Shown here in pieces: positions 30,422 through 38,827 of a stretch of DNA of 64,000 nucleotides (its first letter is position 1; every line of letters begins with the position of its first letter). The stretch lies in assembly GCA_963782055.1 (NCBI GenBank), contig CAWAIF010000003.1, positions 1,280,001-1,344,000 of the forward strand, given 5' to 3'. This DNA is from an uncultured delta proteobacterium. GTDB taxonomy: Bacteria > Myxococcota_A > Polyangia > Polyangiales > Polyangiaceae. A model generated the notes under the pieces. It made no database searches. It worked only from the letters and a program-made list of their open reading frames with translations, and was not told where the DNA came from. Both the position numbers and the translations under genes were made by a program.

Positions 30422-33400
30422 TTGATGGTGCTGGCCTGCGCGTCCTGTAGCAGCGGCGCAGGCGTCGCGAGCAACCGCTCTCCGCTCCAGCGGCCCATCG
30501 AGGGCGGTGCCAGCATCGAGGGCCGTCCCGGCGCTCAAGATACCTCCACGAGCGCGGCCCAGGCCGGCTTTGTTCAGACCAGCGGCCTCGCAGCGGTCAT
30601 CGGCGCCGGAGACGCGAGCCCGTGGATCACCGGGACCCCAAACTACGTCTATCACTACGGCAACGACTACGCCCCGCCGCGAAGCTGGCACCGGCAGGAG
30701 GATGCGCCGCAGAGCTGCACGTTCCCGGGAGTGACCCGGGCCTCGTTCAGCACGAGCTCCCTGGCCGTCTCACCGGAGGGCACGCCGTGGGAGATCGACA
30801 GCAACGGCACGGTCTGGAAGCACGCCGGAACGGGGCCGTATGAAGACAATTCTTGCTGGCTGCAGATGGGCACCACGGCGATGTACGAGGTGGGCGTCGG
30901 CGCGAACGATGTCGCGTTCGCGATCGGCCGGACAGGGTGCTCCAGCGAGAACTGCCCCATCTACAGGTGGACGGGGAGCTCGTGGCAGCAAACCTCCGGC
31001 GCCGCCAGCCACGTCGCGGTGGCGCCCGACGGGGCCGCGTACGTCAGCAACTACCAGGGCAGCATCTACGAGTGGGACGGCACCAGCACGTGGTATCCGT
31101 TCTACGGAGGGGGCTGCGTAAGCCACCTCGGTACGGGTGACACGCTCGGCTGGCCCGTCCTGGCGGCGGGGCCGAACGACGGGCTCTGGGTGATCGGCTG
31201 CAGCAGCGGCGGGAACGGCAATATCATCCAGGCATTCTTGAGGCAGGGCTCCTCCTGGAGCACGGTCCCGGGCGCGGCGGTGACGCTCTCGGTGAGCGCG
31301 GATGGGACACCGTGGATCGTCAATTCAGTACGGCAGATCTTCGAATACGTCAGCTCGTGGCAGCCCGTCGGCCCGCGGGGCTTCAACTTCGACGACAACG
31401 GGGTCAATCAGATCTACACGGGCGAGATCCACGACGTGGACGCCGCGCCGGCCAGTGGTGCGATCACCGTCGGCGTGACCTCCGGCGGCGTCTGGCAGAC
31501 ACCTCCGACGCTGGGCTGGGTCCCCATCGGGGACGTGGGTGCGGGCGTGCTCGCGCGACCTGGACCGATCAACTCCGTCGGAACCGTCGCGGTCAAGCCC
31601 ACCGATCAGAACACGGTCCTCGTCGGCACGGGCGTGGCCGGCTCCCTGAATGGCCCGAATGCCAGGGGCAACGGCATCTGGTGGACGGACAGCGCGGACG
31701 CCGTAGATGCCACCGGGCACCCCGATGTCCCGTGGACTCGCTCCATCTTGCACCTGGCGACCGGTGGCACGATCATCCCCGACACCGTCGTCAAGATCCG
31801 CTACAGTCACGACGCAACGTGGCTGTACGCCCTCACCCCCGACACGCTCTTCGTCTCCAACGACGACGGTCACAACTTCTACGAGGCGGGTTGGACCTGC
31901 GTGCACGGGACGGGACACGTCTTCACCGATCTCGTCGTCGACCCACAGAGCGCGCTCACCGCCTACATCGGGGTCTCGAGCGAAGGCGTCTACCAGACCA
32001 CCAACGGTGGTCTATCGTGCAATGCCGGGACACCACCCGTCCTCTATGGCGGAGCTCCGGCGAGCACGATCACCGACGTGGCGCTCGCCATGTCCAACTC
32101 CTCGCGGCTCTACGCCGCCTTCGCCGGCCTCATCACCCAGCCCAATTGTCAGTTCTCTCAGAATCCTGAGTGTGACGACTTCGCAAATATCGATGCGACG
32201 AGCACGCAGAGCTGGGGCGCCTGGACGGTCACCGTGCCGGCTATGCCCGGTCAACAACCGAAGCTCCACTCGGTGAATGGGCACGCGTGGGCCCTTGGTA
32301 CGGATCCCTCCGGGACGCTGCTTTTGGTCGCCGGCGCCGGTCTCTGGCGAGGTACGGGGTGTGGTCCAACGAGCTGCACGGACTTCTATCAGGTCCCCCC
32401 GGACTACGCCCCGTCGCCAAGCCACGCCGACTACCACGCGATCACCTGGGGCCAGGACGGCACAGTCTACGTCGTGAACGACGGAGGCATCTTCTCCTCC
32501 TTCGACGGGGGAGCCACGTGGACCGATCCGATCAACAATCTTGGCGTGGCCAACGAGACGAGCGTCGATGTGCATCTGGACAACATCTTCGCGAACGCGT
32601 GGGACGTCGGGGTCCAGGTGAGCCCGGACCAGGGCGCGACCTGGGTCGGCGGCCCCTTCGGTAACGATGAAGCGAAGTTGGCACACGGCGATGGCTTTCA
32701 GGCGGTCGCAGACCTCAGCAGCACGACCGACGGCTTCTACTGCATGGGAACGGGCGACAAAAGGCGGATGTCGTGGGACGGCACGCAGCTCTGGGGCATC
32801 GACAACGGACTGGCGCAAGCGGGTACGTGCCGGATGTCGACCAACCTGCTCGGAGATCTCTTCACGACCGGCACGGCGATGCAGAAGGCCGTTCTGCGCA
32901 GCACGGACAAGGGGCAGACGTGGGCGCAGTACCTGGGCCTGCTACCCCAGGCGCCCTCATCGATCCTCGCAGCCGCCACCGAGTATCCGCCGACGGTCTA
33001 CGTCACGATGGGCACGAGCCTCCTGGACGTGTCCGTCACCGGTCAAAGCTGGGCACCTTTGACCCCTCCCTGGCCGCCAGGCTACACATTCGCAGAGTAC
33101 GACGGCGCCGCCGGAGCGGCGATGGCCATCGACCGCGCCACGAACGACCTGTACGTGTGCGGCGTCGATTCCAGCCGTACGAGCGCTCATGTGGACATGA
33201 GCCCTGCCAGCTCTCACGGGCAGACGTGGGTCCCATTGACGGGCCAGACAGCGGGTTCGCCCGGAATGCCCGGAATGCTCAAGAGCGACGAGAAGGTCCA
33301 GGCGGTGGGGGTGGACTCCAGCGCTCGCGTCGTCATCGTGTCGACCGACGGTGTGGCCGCCAACGCCAGCCCCAGCAGTGTGTACGGGGCGGCGACCATC

Positions 33401-33589
33401 TGGCGTCTGAACAACCGCGACGTGGCCGACGCGGACCATCACTGGCGCCCGTGGGTGAACGGCCTGCCCGTGGGCACCCAGGACATCAAGTCGATCTCCG
33501 GGGAATACGAAAATGGAGTCTATTACTTCTATGTGGCCACATGGGGCCGCGGGGTCTGGAAGCGGGAGGCGCGTGGTGGTGATCTTTGA
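30422..33589 (+). CDS. Large secreted/lipoprotein beta-propeller protein: tectonin-like repeats followed by BNR/Asp-box repeats
   Basis: Repeats such as LAVSPEGTPWEIDSNGTVW and LSVSADGTPWIVNS; Asp-boxes SNDDGHNF, TTNGG, SFDGGATW, SPDQGATW, STDKGQTW; HADYHAITW; VATWGRGVWK. Signal peptide appears split from its ATG. Confidence 0.75.
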   Translation: MMVLACASCSSGAGVASNRSPLQRPIEGGASIEGRPGAQDTSTSAAQAGFVQTSGLAAVIGAGDASPWITGTPNYVYHYGNDYAPPRSWHRQEDAPQSCTFPGVTRASFSTSSLAVSPEGTPWEIDSNGTVWKHAGTGPYEDNSCWLQMGTTAMYEVGVGANDVAFAIGRTGCSSENCPIYRWTGSSWQQTSGAASHVAVAPDGAAYVSNYQGSIYEWDGTSTWYPFYGGGCVSHLGTGDTLGWPVLAAGPNDGLWVIGCSSGGNGNIIQAFLRQGSSWSTVPGAAVTLSVSADGTPWIVNSVRQIFEYVSSWQPVGPRGFNFDDNGVNQIYTGEIHDVDAAPASGAITVGVTSGGVWQTPPTLGWVPIGDVGAGVLARPGPINSVGTVAVKPTDQNTVLVGTGVAGSLNGPNARGNGIWWTDSADAVDATGHPDVPWTRSILHLATGGTIIPDTVVKIRYSHDATWLYALTPDTLFVSNDDGHNFYEAGWTCVHGTGHVFTDLVVDPQSALTAYIGVSSEGVYQTTNGGLSCNAGTPPVLYGGAPASTITDVALAMSNSSRLYAAFAGLITQPNCQFSQNPECDDFANIDATSTQSWGAWTVTVPAMPGQQPKLHSVNGHAWALGTDPSGTLLLVAGAGLWRGTGCGPTSCTDFYQVPPDYAPSPSHADYHAITWGQDGTVYVVNDGGIFSSFDGGATWTDPINNLGVANETSVDVHLDNIFANAWDVGVQVSPDQGATWVGGPFGNDEAKLAHGDGFQAVADLSSTTDGFYCMGTGDKRRMSWDGTQLWGIDNGLAQAGTCRMSTNLLGDLFTTGTAMQKAVLRSTDKGQTWAQYLGLLPQAPSSILAAATEYPPTVYVTMGTSLLDVSVTGQSWAPLTPPWPPGYTFAEYDGAAGAAMAIDRATNDLYVCGVDSSRTSAHVDMSPASSHGQTWVPLTGQTAGSPGMPGMLKSDEKVQAVGVDSSARVVIVSTDGVAANASPSSVYGAATIWRLNNRDVADADHHWRPWVNGLPVGTQDIKSISGEYENGVYYFYVATWGRGVWKREARGGDL

Positions 33590-33950
33590 ACGCCTCTTCA
33601 TCGTGGTTGCTCTGTCGCTGGGCGTGGGGTGCGGGCGTACGGTCGACATAGAGGAGGCAGGCGGCCCGCCTCCCGATGTAGCGTTCTCCTGCCCTCACGA
33701 CTTCGACAATCCGGATGCCGGAGCGGAGCGGTGCCACTCCGCGACGCAGTTCTGCGTGCTGAGGTTCAGCGGCGTGATGGGCCAACCAAACCAGGGGTTC
33801 TGCGTGCCGCTCCCCGATGGGTGCGTGCCCGACTCGTGCGATTGCTTCACGGCCGACGGCGGGCTCCCTGGGTGGTCCTGCCATGGTTACGTGGACTGCC
33901 GCAACGACGATGGTGGGATCACCGTTCAAGCACCATCGCAATGCAACTGA
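33576..33950 (+). CDS. Small Cys-rich lipoprotein
   Basis: GGAGG RBS, GTG start overlapping the previous gene, GVGC lipobox, many cysteines. Confidence 0.65.
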   Translation: MVIFERLFIVVALSLGVGCGRTVDIEEAGGPPPDVAFSCPHDFDNPDAGAERCHSATQFCVLRFSGVMGQPNQGFCVPLPDGCVPDSCDCFTADGGLPGWSCHGYVDCRNDDGGITVQAPSQCN

Positions 33951-33975
33951 GCATGGTGCTTTGGAGGGACGCGGA

Positions 33976-34254
33976 TCTGGAAGCGGGAGGCGCGCGGTGC
34001 TGGGCTTCCTGCATGGAAACCGAGAAGCCACCCAAAGAGCCAAAACGTCACATACGTGGAAAGGAGCATCGGAACAACCGATGAGTAGAGCGGCCACGGG
34101 GAAACATGATCGTGCAAGTCAAGGTCGTTCAGGGCTTTACATCCGGGGCCATCGAGGCAACCACGAAGTCCGAATGGTGCCCGTGGGGCGCAGAACGTCA
34201 AGTCTATCTCGGGGCGGGCGGGATCACGGTTCAAGTGCCATCGCAGTGCCGTGA
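33976..34254 (+). pseudogene. Degenerate duplicate of the 33555-33950 segment
   Basis: 19-nt exact match TCTGGAAGCGGGAGGCGCG at 33555 and 33976; 30-nt match with 4 mismatches at 33915 and 34220 (GITVQAPSQC vs GITVQVPSQC); no intact ORF between. Confidence 0.55.
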
Positions 34255-34336
34255 CCGCGCCGCTGACCCGCGGACGTCGGCGGCCCGCGCCGCCTCGGTC
34301 TCGTCCTCCGCCGGCGCCTCGGTCTATGCTCCCGGG

Positions 34337-35332
34337 GTGCTTCGCTTGGTCCGGTCGATCCTCGCCGCGCTACCCGCGGGCGTGCTCGCGCTCGCCGCGT
34401 GCTCGTCGGCGCCGGAGCCGATCCACCCCGCGGACGATCTCGCGCCGTACGACGACACCTTCGACGCGTCCTCCATCGTCGACGGGGTGGCGAGCTTCAC
34501 CGATCCCTTCTCCCTGCCGCTCGCGAGCGACGTGCAGACGTTTTTGAAGAAGACGCCGTACGACCGGCCCAGCTTCCTCGCCACGTACTCGTCCAACGGG
34601 GTCCGCGCCTCCGACGCCATCGCGGCGGCCGCGGTCGCCTACCAGATCAACCCGATGGTCTTCCTGGTGCGCGCGGAGGTGGACCAGGGGCTCGTCGCGG
34701 CGACGAGCTACCCCACGCCGGCGGCGCGCGTGGAGTACGCCTTCGGGTGCGGCTGCTCCGGCGGCGTGTGCGACGCCGCGTACGCCGGCTTCGACCGGCA
34801 GGTGGACTGCCTGGGGCGGACCCTGCGCGGCTACCTGGACCAGGCGTGCGGGGTGCCGCAGCAGACGCAGGGCGGGTGGGCCGCCGACAAGACGTCCACG
34901 TCCCTCGACGGCGTGCAGGTGACGCCGACGAGCGCCGCCACCGCGGTGCTCTACCAGTACGATCCGGTCGTCGGGCTGGGCGCGAGCGACAACTGGATGT
35001 TCTGGAACCTGTGGCTGAAGTACTCCGACTACATCGGCTACGGCGGCGCCTTCCCCGACACCTGGGTGGGCGACGCGTGCTGCGGCGACGCGACATGCAC
35101 CTTCGACGGCGCCACCTGCGCGGTCAACGTGCCGGGCGGCGCGTGCACCGCGGCCTGCGACGCCAGCACGCCGTGCCCCACCGATCCCAACCGCGCCGCG
35201 GTGTGCGCGAGCCTCGCCGGCCAGGGCTTCTGCTTGCTCGCGTGCAACCCCGGCGAGTGCAGGCCGGGCTACAAGTGCGCGGGCGTGAACGTGGTGGGCG
35301 GCGGCACCGCCAGCGCCTGCCTGCCGCAGTGA
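34337..35332 (+). CDS. Lipoprotein with a putative lysozyme-like domain and a Cys-rich C-terminal domain
   Basis: LAAC lipobox; INPMVFLVRAEVDQGL, AFGCGC, GFDRQV, TPTSAATAVLYQYDP; Cys-rich tail. Confidence 0.6.
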   Translation: MLRLVRSILAALPAGVLALAACSSAPEPIHPADDLAPYDDTFDASSIVDGVASFTDPFSLPLASDVQTFLKKTPYDRPSFLATYSSNGVRASDAIAAAAVAYQINPMVFLVRAEVDQGLVAATSYPTPAARVEYAFGCGCSGGVCDAAYAGFDRQVDCLGRTLRGYLDQACGVPQQTQGGWAADKTSTSLDGVQVTPTSAATAVLYQYDPVVGLGASDNWMFWNLWLKYSDYIGYGGAFPDTWVGDACCGDATCTFDGATCAVNVPGGACTAACDASTPCPTDPNRAAVCASLAGQGFCLLACNPGECRPGYKCAGVNVVGGGTASACLPQ

Positions 35333-35339
35333 GGCGCCT

Positions 35340-36383
35340 TCAGGGAGACACGACGAAGGCGAGGACGTCGACGGCGTCCACCGACACCTGCCCGGCGGCG
35401 AGCACCTCCTCGTCCGCCGGGGCGCGTGCGAGGCGCTCGCGCACGCGCAGGAAGCTCGGGATGTAGACGCACTCGCGGCCCAGGCCGGGGGCCTCGCCGT
35501 GGCTGCCGCGGAAGGCGCGCTCGGCGACGGCGACGGCCTCGGCGGGCGTCGCGCCGTGCTCGCGTCGGAGCAGTCGCACCACGTCGACGAAGGTGGCGCC
35601 CTCGCGCATCGCCCGGACGGCGAGGTGGCGGCGGCCGAGCTCGGCGCGGCGCGCGGCGTCGAGGAAGCCGGCGCGGTCCTCGTAGACGAGCGCGAGGCCC
35701 TCCTGATCGTCGGTGCCGCGCGCGGTGCCCGCGGCGAAGATGGCGAAGGGCGAGCGCGCCGCACGGGCGCGGGGCAGCGCGTGCGCGTGGACCTCGTGCA
35801 GCACGGTGCGCCGCGCGATCCGATCGGTCACGTCGCGCCCGCGCGCGACGTAGATGGTGCGCTCCCCCGTCGCGGCGAGCGCGGAGAGATCGCCGGTGAC
35901 CTCCACGGCGAAGTCCAGGCCCCGGTCGGCGAGCTCCCGACGCATCCGCGCGAGCAGCGAGCGCGGGTCGGCGGCGTCGCTGCGGACCGTGGCGGTCTCG
36001 TCGGGTGGCGCGTCGCCGGCGCCGGCCACCCACGCCCGCGCCAGCGTGTCGGTGCGCGCCGGATCGCCCGCGTCGAAGCGCTCGGCGGCGAGGGCGCCGA
36101 GCTCGTCGGTCCCCGCGGCGCTCATCAGCCGGGCCTCCAGCGCGAGCTCGCGCGCGCGGGCGAGGTGCAGGTCGACGAGCGGTCCGCGCTCGTCGCGCAG
36201 GCCGCGCTCGATCCCGGTGAGCCACCGCAGCAGCGGCCGCGCGTCGGGCGGCGTGCCGTACTCCCAGCGCGGCGCGCGCTCCCGGCCGCGCTCGGCCTCG
36301 CGCAGCAGCTCGGCCCGCTCCGCCGAGGCGTTGGACGCCGTCAGCGCTCCGAGGATGCGGACGCGTCGCGCCACCTCGAGCAT
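35340..36383 (-). CDS. DUF1704-family (QEGLA motif) metallopeptidase-like protein
   Basis: HEVHAH (HExxxH) plus QEGLA; start uncertain. Confidence 0.8.
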   Translation of the reverse strand: MLEVARRVRILGALTASNASAERAELLREAERGRERAPRWEYGTPPDARPLLRWLTGIERGLRDERGPLVDLHLARARELALEARLMSAAGTDELGALAAERFDAGDPARTDTLARAWVAGAGDAPPDETATVRSDAADPRSLLARMRRELADRGLDFAVEVTGDLSALAATGERTIYVARGRDVTDRIARRTVLHEVHAHALPRARAARSPFAIFAAGTARGTDDQEGLALVYEDRAGFLDAARRAELGRRHLAVRAMREGATFVDVVRLLRREHGATPAEAVAVAERAFRGSHGEAPGLGRECVYIPSFLRVRERLARAPADEEVLAAGQVSVDAVDVLAFVVSP

Positions 36384-36502
36384 GGCGCGGCCCGCTTCGT
36401 GAACGACGGGGGAAGGACCGGAAAGCACGGCCCACGATGATAGGCCCAATTGGCCGTAGCCGAATGGTGGCCGTTCTACTAGCGTCCGGCGCGAGGCGCC
36501 GA

Positions 36503-37813
36503 GTGAAGAAAAATTACGTTCTCGACACCAACGTCATCCTCCACGATCCCCGGGCCATCTTCCGTTTCGAAGACAACGACGTGATCATCCCGATCTACGT
36601 CATCGAGGAGGTCGATCAGTTCAAGCGAGAGGGGACCGAGCGCGGCCGCAACGCGCGGCAGATCGCCCGCTTCCTCGACGACCTGCGGGAGAAGGGCGGC
36701 TCCCTCGCCAAGGGTGTGGCCCTCGACAGCGGCGGCAGTCTGCGCGTGGCGGTCCCCGCCAAGCGCCCCGAGCTGCCCAGCGCCATCGACCACGCGGCGA
36801 TGGACGCGGCGATCCTCCAGTGCGCGTTCGACGTGCGCGAGCAGGACGGCGGCCGCCCCACCGTGTTCGTCACGATGGACACCAACCTGCGCATCCGCGC
36901 CGACGCGCTCGGCATGGTCGCGCAGACCTACGAGAACATGCGCGTGGAGGCGGAGCGCCTCGACACCGGCGTCAAGGAGATCGAGCTGGACGGCAAGCGC
37001 ATCGACGAGTTCTTCGTCGAGGGGCGCCTCACCGTGGAGGGCACCGACGCCGTGCCCAACGTGTGCATCCTGCTGCGCGACCGCGACAACCCCTCGCACA
37101 CCGCGCTGGGCCGCTGGGACGCGACGCGCAAGGAGGTGATGGCGCTGCGCACCCCGCGCGAGGGGCTCATGGGCGTGCGCCCGCGCAACAAGGAGCAGAG
37201 CTACGCCATCGACCTGCTCCTGGACGAGAACATCCGCCTGGTCACCCTCGTCGGCAAGGCGGGCACCGGCAAGACGCTGCTGGCGCTCGCCGCCGGCCTC
37301 AAGAAGACCGTCGACGACGGCGTCTACACCCGCATGCTCGTCTCGCGCCCGGTGATGCCGCTCGGCCGCGACATCGGCTACCTGCCCGGGGACGTGGACG
37401 AGAAGCTCAACCCCTGGATGCAGCCCATCTTCGACAACCTGGAGTTCCTCTTCTCCGGCAGCACCCGCCGCGGGCCGCGCGCCTACGCCGAGCTGCTCGA
37501 CAGCGGGCAGATCCAGGTCGAGCCGCTCACCTACATCCGCGGGCGCTCGCTCCCGCAGCAGTTCATCATCGTCGACGAGGCGCAGAACCTCACGCCGCAC
37601 GAGGTGAAGACGATCATCACCCGCTCCGGCGACGGCACGAAGATCGTGCTCACCGGCGACCCTGGGCAGATCGACAACCCGTACGTCGACAGCGCGTCCA
37701 ACGGCCTCACCATCGCGGCGGACAAGTTCCGCGGGGAGAAGCTGGCCGGGCACATCGTGCTCGCGAAGGGCGAGCGGAGCGAGCTGGCGGAGCTCGCGGC
37801 CAACCTGCTGTAG
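36503..37813 (+). CDS. phoH: PhoH2-type protein (PIN domain plus PhoH ATPase)
   Basis: YVLDTNVILHD PIN; GKAGTGKT Walker A; GYLPG, IRGRS, DEAQN, TGDPGQID. Confidence 0.92.
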   Translation: MKKNYVLDTNVILHDPRAIFRFEDNDVIIPIYVIEEVDQFKREGTERGRNARQIARFLDDLREKGGSLAKGVALDSGGSLRVAVPAKRPELPSAIDHAAMDAAILQCAFDVREQDGGRPTVFVTMDTNLRIRADALGMVAQTYENMRVEAERLDTGVKEIELDGKRIDEFFVEGRLTVEGTDAVPNVCILLRDRDNPSHTALGRWDATRKEVMALRTPREGLMGVRPRNKEQSYAIDLLLDENIRLVTLVGKAGTGKTLLALAAGLKKTVDDGVYTRMLVSRPVMPLGRDIGYLPGDVDEKLNPWMQPIFDNLEFLFSGSTRRGPRAYAELLDSGQIQVEPLTYIRGRSLPQQFIIVDEAQNLTPHEVKTIITRSGDGTKIVLTGDPGQIDNPYVDSASNGLTIAADKFRGEKLAGHIVLAKGERSELAELAANLL

Positions 37814-37845
37814 GCAGGCCCCCTCGACACGACCCGGAGTCGCGC

Positions 37846-37941
37846 GTGGACGTCGGCCTCTCGTACAAGCAAAAGCCCATCGTCGGCAGCTACGACGCCA
37901 TCGTGATCGGCTCGGGGGGCCGGGTGTGGTGCTCGACGTGA
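37846..37941 (+). pseudogene. N-terminal remnant of a phytoene-desaturase/retinol-saturase-like FAD oxidoreductase
   Basis: SYKQ...YDAIVIGSG, then the Rossmann helix is missing and an RV-VLD-like stretch follows out of frame before a stop. Confidence 0.55.
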
Positions 37942-38007
37942 TGCGACCCTAATTGGGGACCGGCGCGCCGACTTGCGGAGCCGACGCGGAGGGGGCAAAC
38001 CCTTCAC

Positions 38008-38439
38008 ATGAGGTGGCTCGCCCTGCTGCTGCTCGGGTGCATCGGGTGCACCTCGGTGGGCGTCACCGAGTCGCCGGCGCCGGGGGTGCGCCTGCCGCCG
38101 CGCGCAGGCAACGTGGCGATCTTCGCGAGCCACGCGCCCCGGAGCGCGACCGATCTGGGCGAGGTGGAGGTCCACGCCGACCGGGACGAGGGCACGGTGG
38201 AGCAGCTCTTTCCCCTCTTCGTGGAGCGCGTGGCGGCGATGGGGGGCGACGCCGCCGTCATCGACTCGGTGTACGCGCGCTTCGACATCGTGCCGCGGCC
38301 TTACTTCGACACCTTCACCTACCGCTGCGGCTTCGCGACGTGCGTGGGGCAGCAGAGCAACGTGTCCGCCGTGGAGGTGGTGACCCTGGTGATGCGCGGC
38401 CACGCCATGCGGCTCGCCCCCTCGGGAGGCGCGCGATGA
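38008..38439 (+). CDS. Hypothetical lipoprotein
   Basis: MRWLALLLLGC lipobox; ERVAAMGGDAAV motif (YbjQ/Rcs-like fold by pattern). Confidence 0.7.
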   Translation: MRWLALLLLGCIGCTSVGVTESPAPGVRLPPRAGNVAIFASHAPRSATDLGEVEVHADRDEGTVEQLFPLFVERVAAMGGDAAVIDSVYARFDIVPRPYFDTFTYRCGFATCVGQQSNVSAVEVVTLVMRGHAMRLAPSGGAR

Positions 38440-38792
38440 TCCGCCACCGTGCGGTCGCGCTTTTCGCCGCGGTGGTGCTCTGCGGCTGCGGTACCACCGA
38501 GCTGCACGAGGTGGTCTTCCGCACCGCGCCGCCCACCCGCGCCGCCTGCATGCCCATCTACGGGGCGGAGCAGTCGCTCCCCCGCCCGGCGGACGACATG
38601 GCGCTGCTGGAGGTGATCGCCACGGGCAACGCGATGTCGCGCGCGCACGTGGAGAAGACGCTGGCGGAGCGCGCCGCGCAGCTGGGGTGCGACGCGGTGG
38701 CGCGCGAGTCGGTGCAGCAGGGCGCGACCGTCATGCACGCCTACGGGGTGTGCGTGCACTGGTCGCCCGCCGGCTACGCCTCCGCTCGCTGA
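38436..38792 (+). CDS. Hypothetical lipoprotein, distant paralogue of the upstream gene
   Basis: ATGA overlap; LCGC lipobox; ERAAQLGCDAV motif. Confidence 0.7.
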   Translation: MIRHRAVALFAAVVLCGCGTTELHEVVFRTAPPTRAACMPIYGAEQSLPRPADDMALLEVIATGNAMSRAHVEKTLAERAAQLGCDAVARESVQQGATVMHAYGVCVHWSPAGYASAR

Positions 38793-38827
38793 TTGACGCT
38801 GCCCGGCGCAGGCGCCATCGTGCGCGC

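Noticed and set aside
37988..38005. c-di-GMP-I riboswitch (GGCAAACC)
   Set aside because: Only a short hairpin; the GAAA tetraloop and GACGCAAAGC elements and the second stem are absent, and the ATG follows immediately
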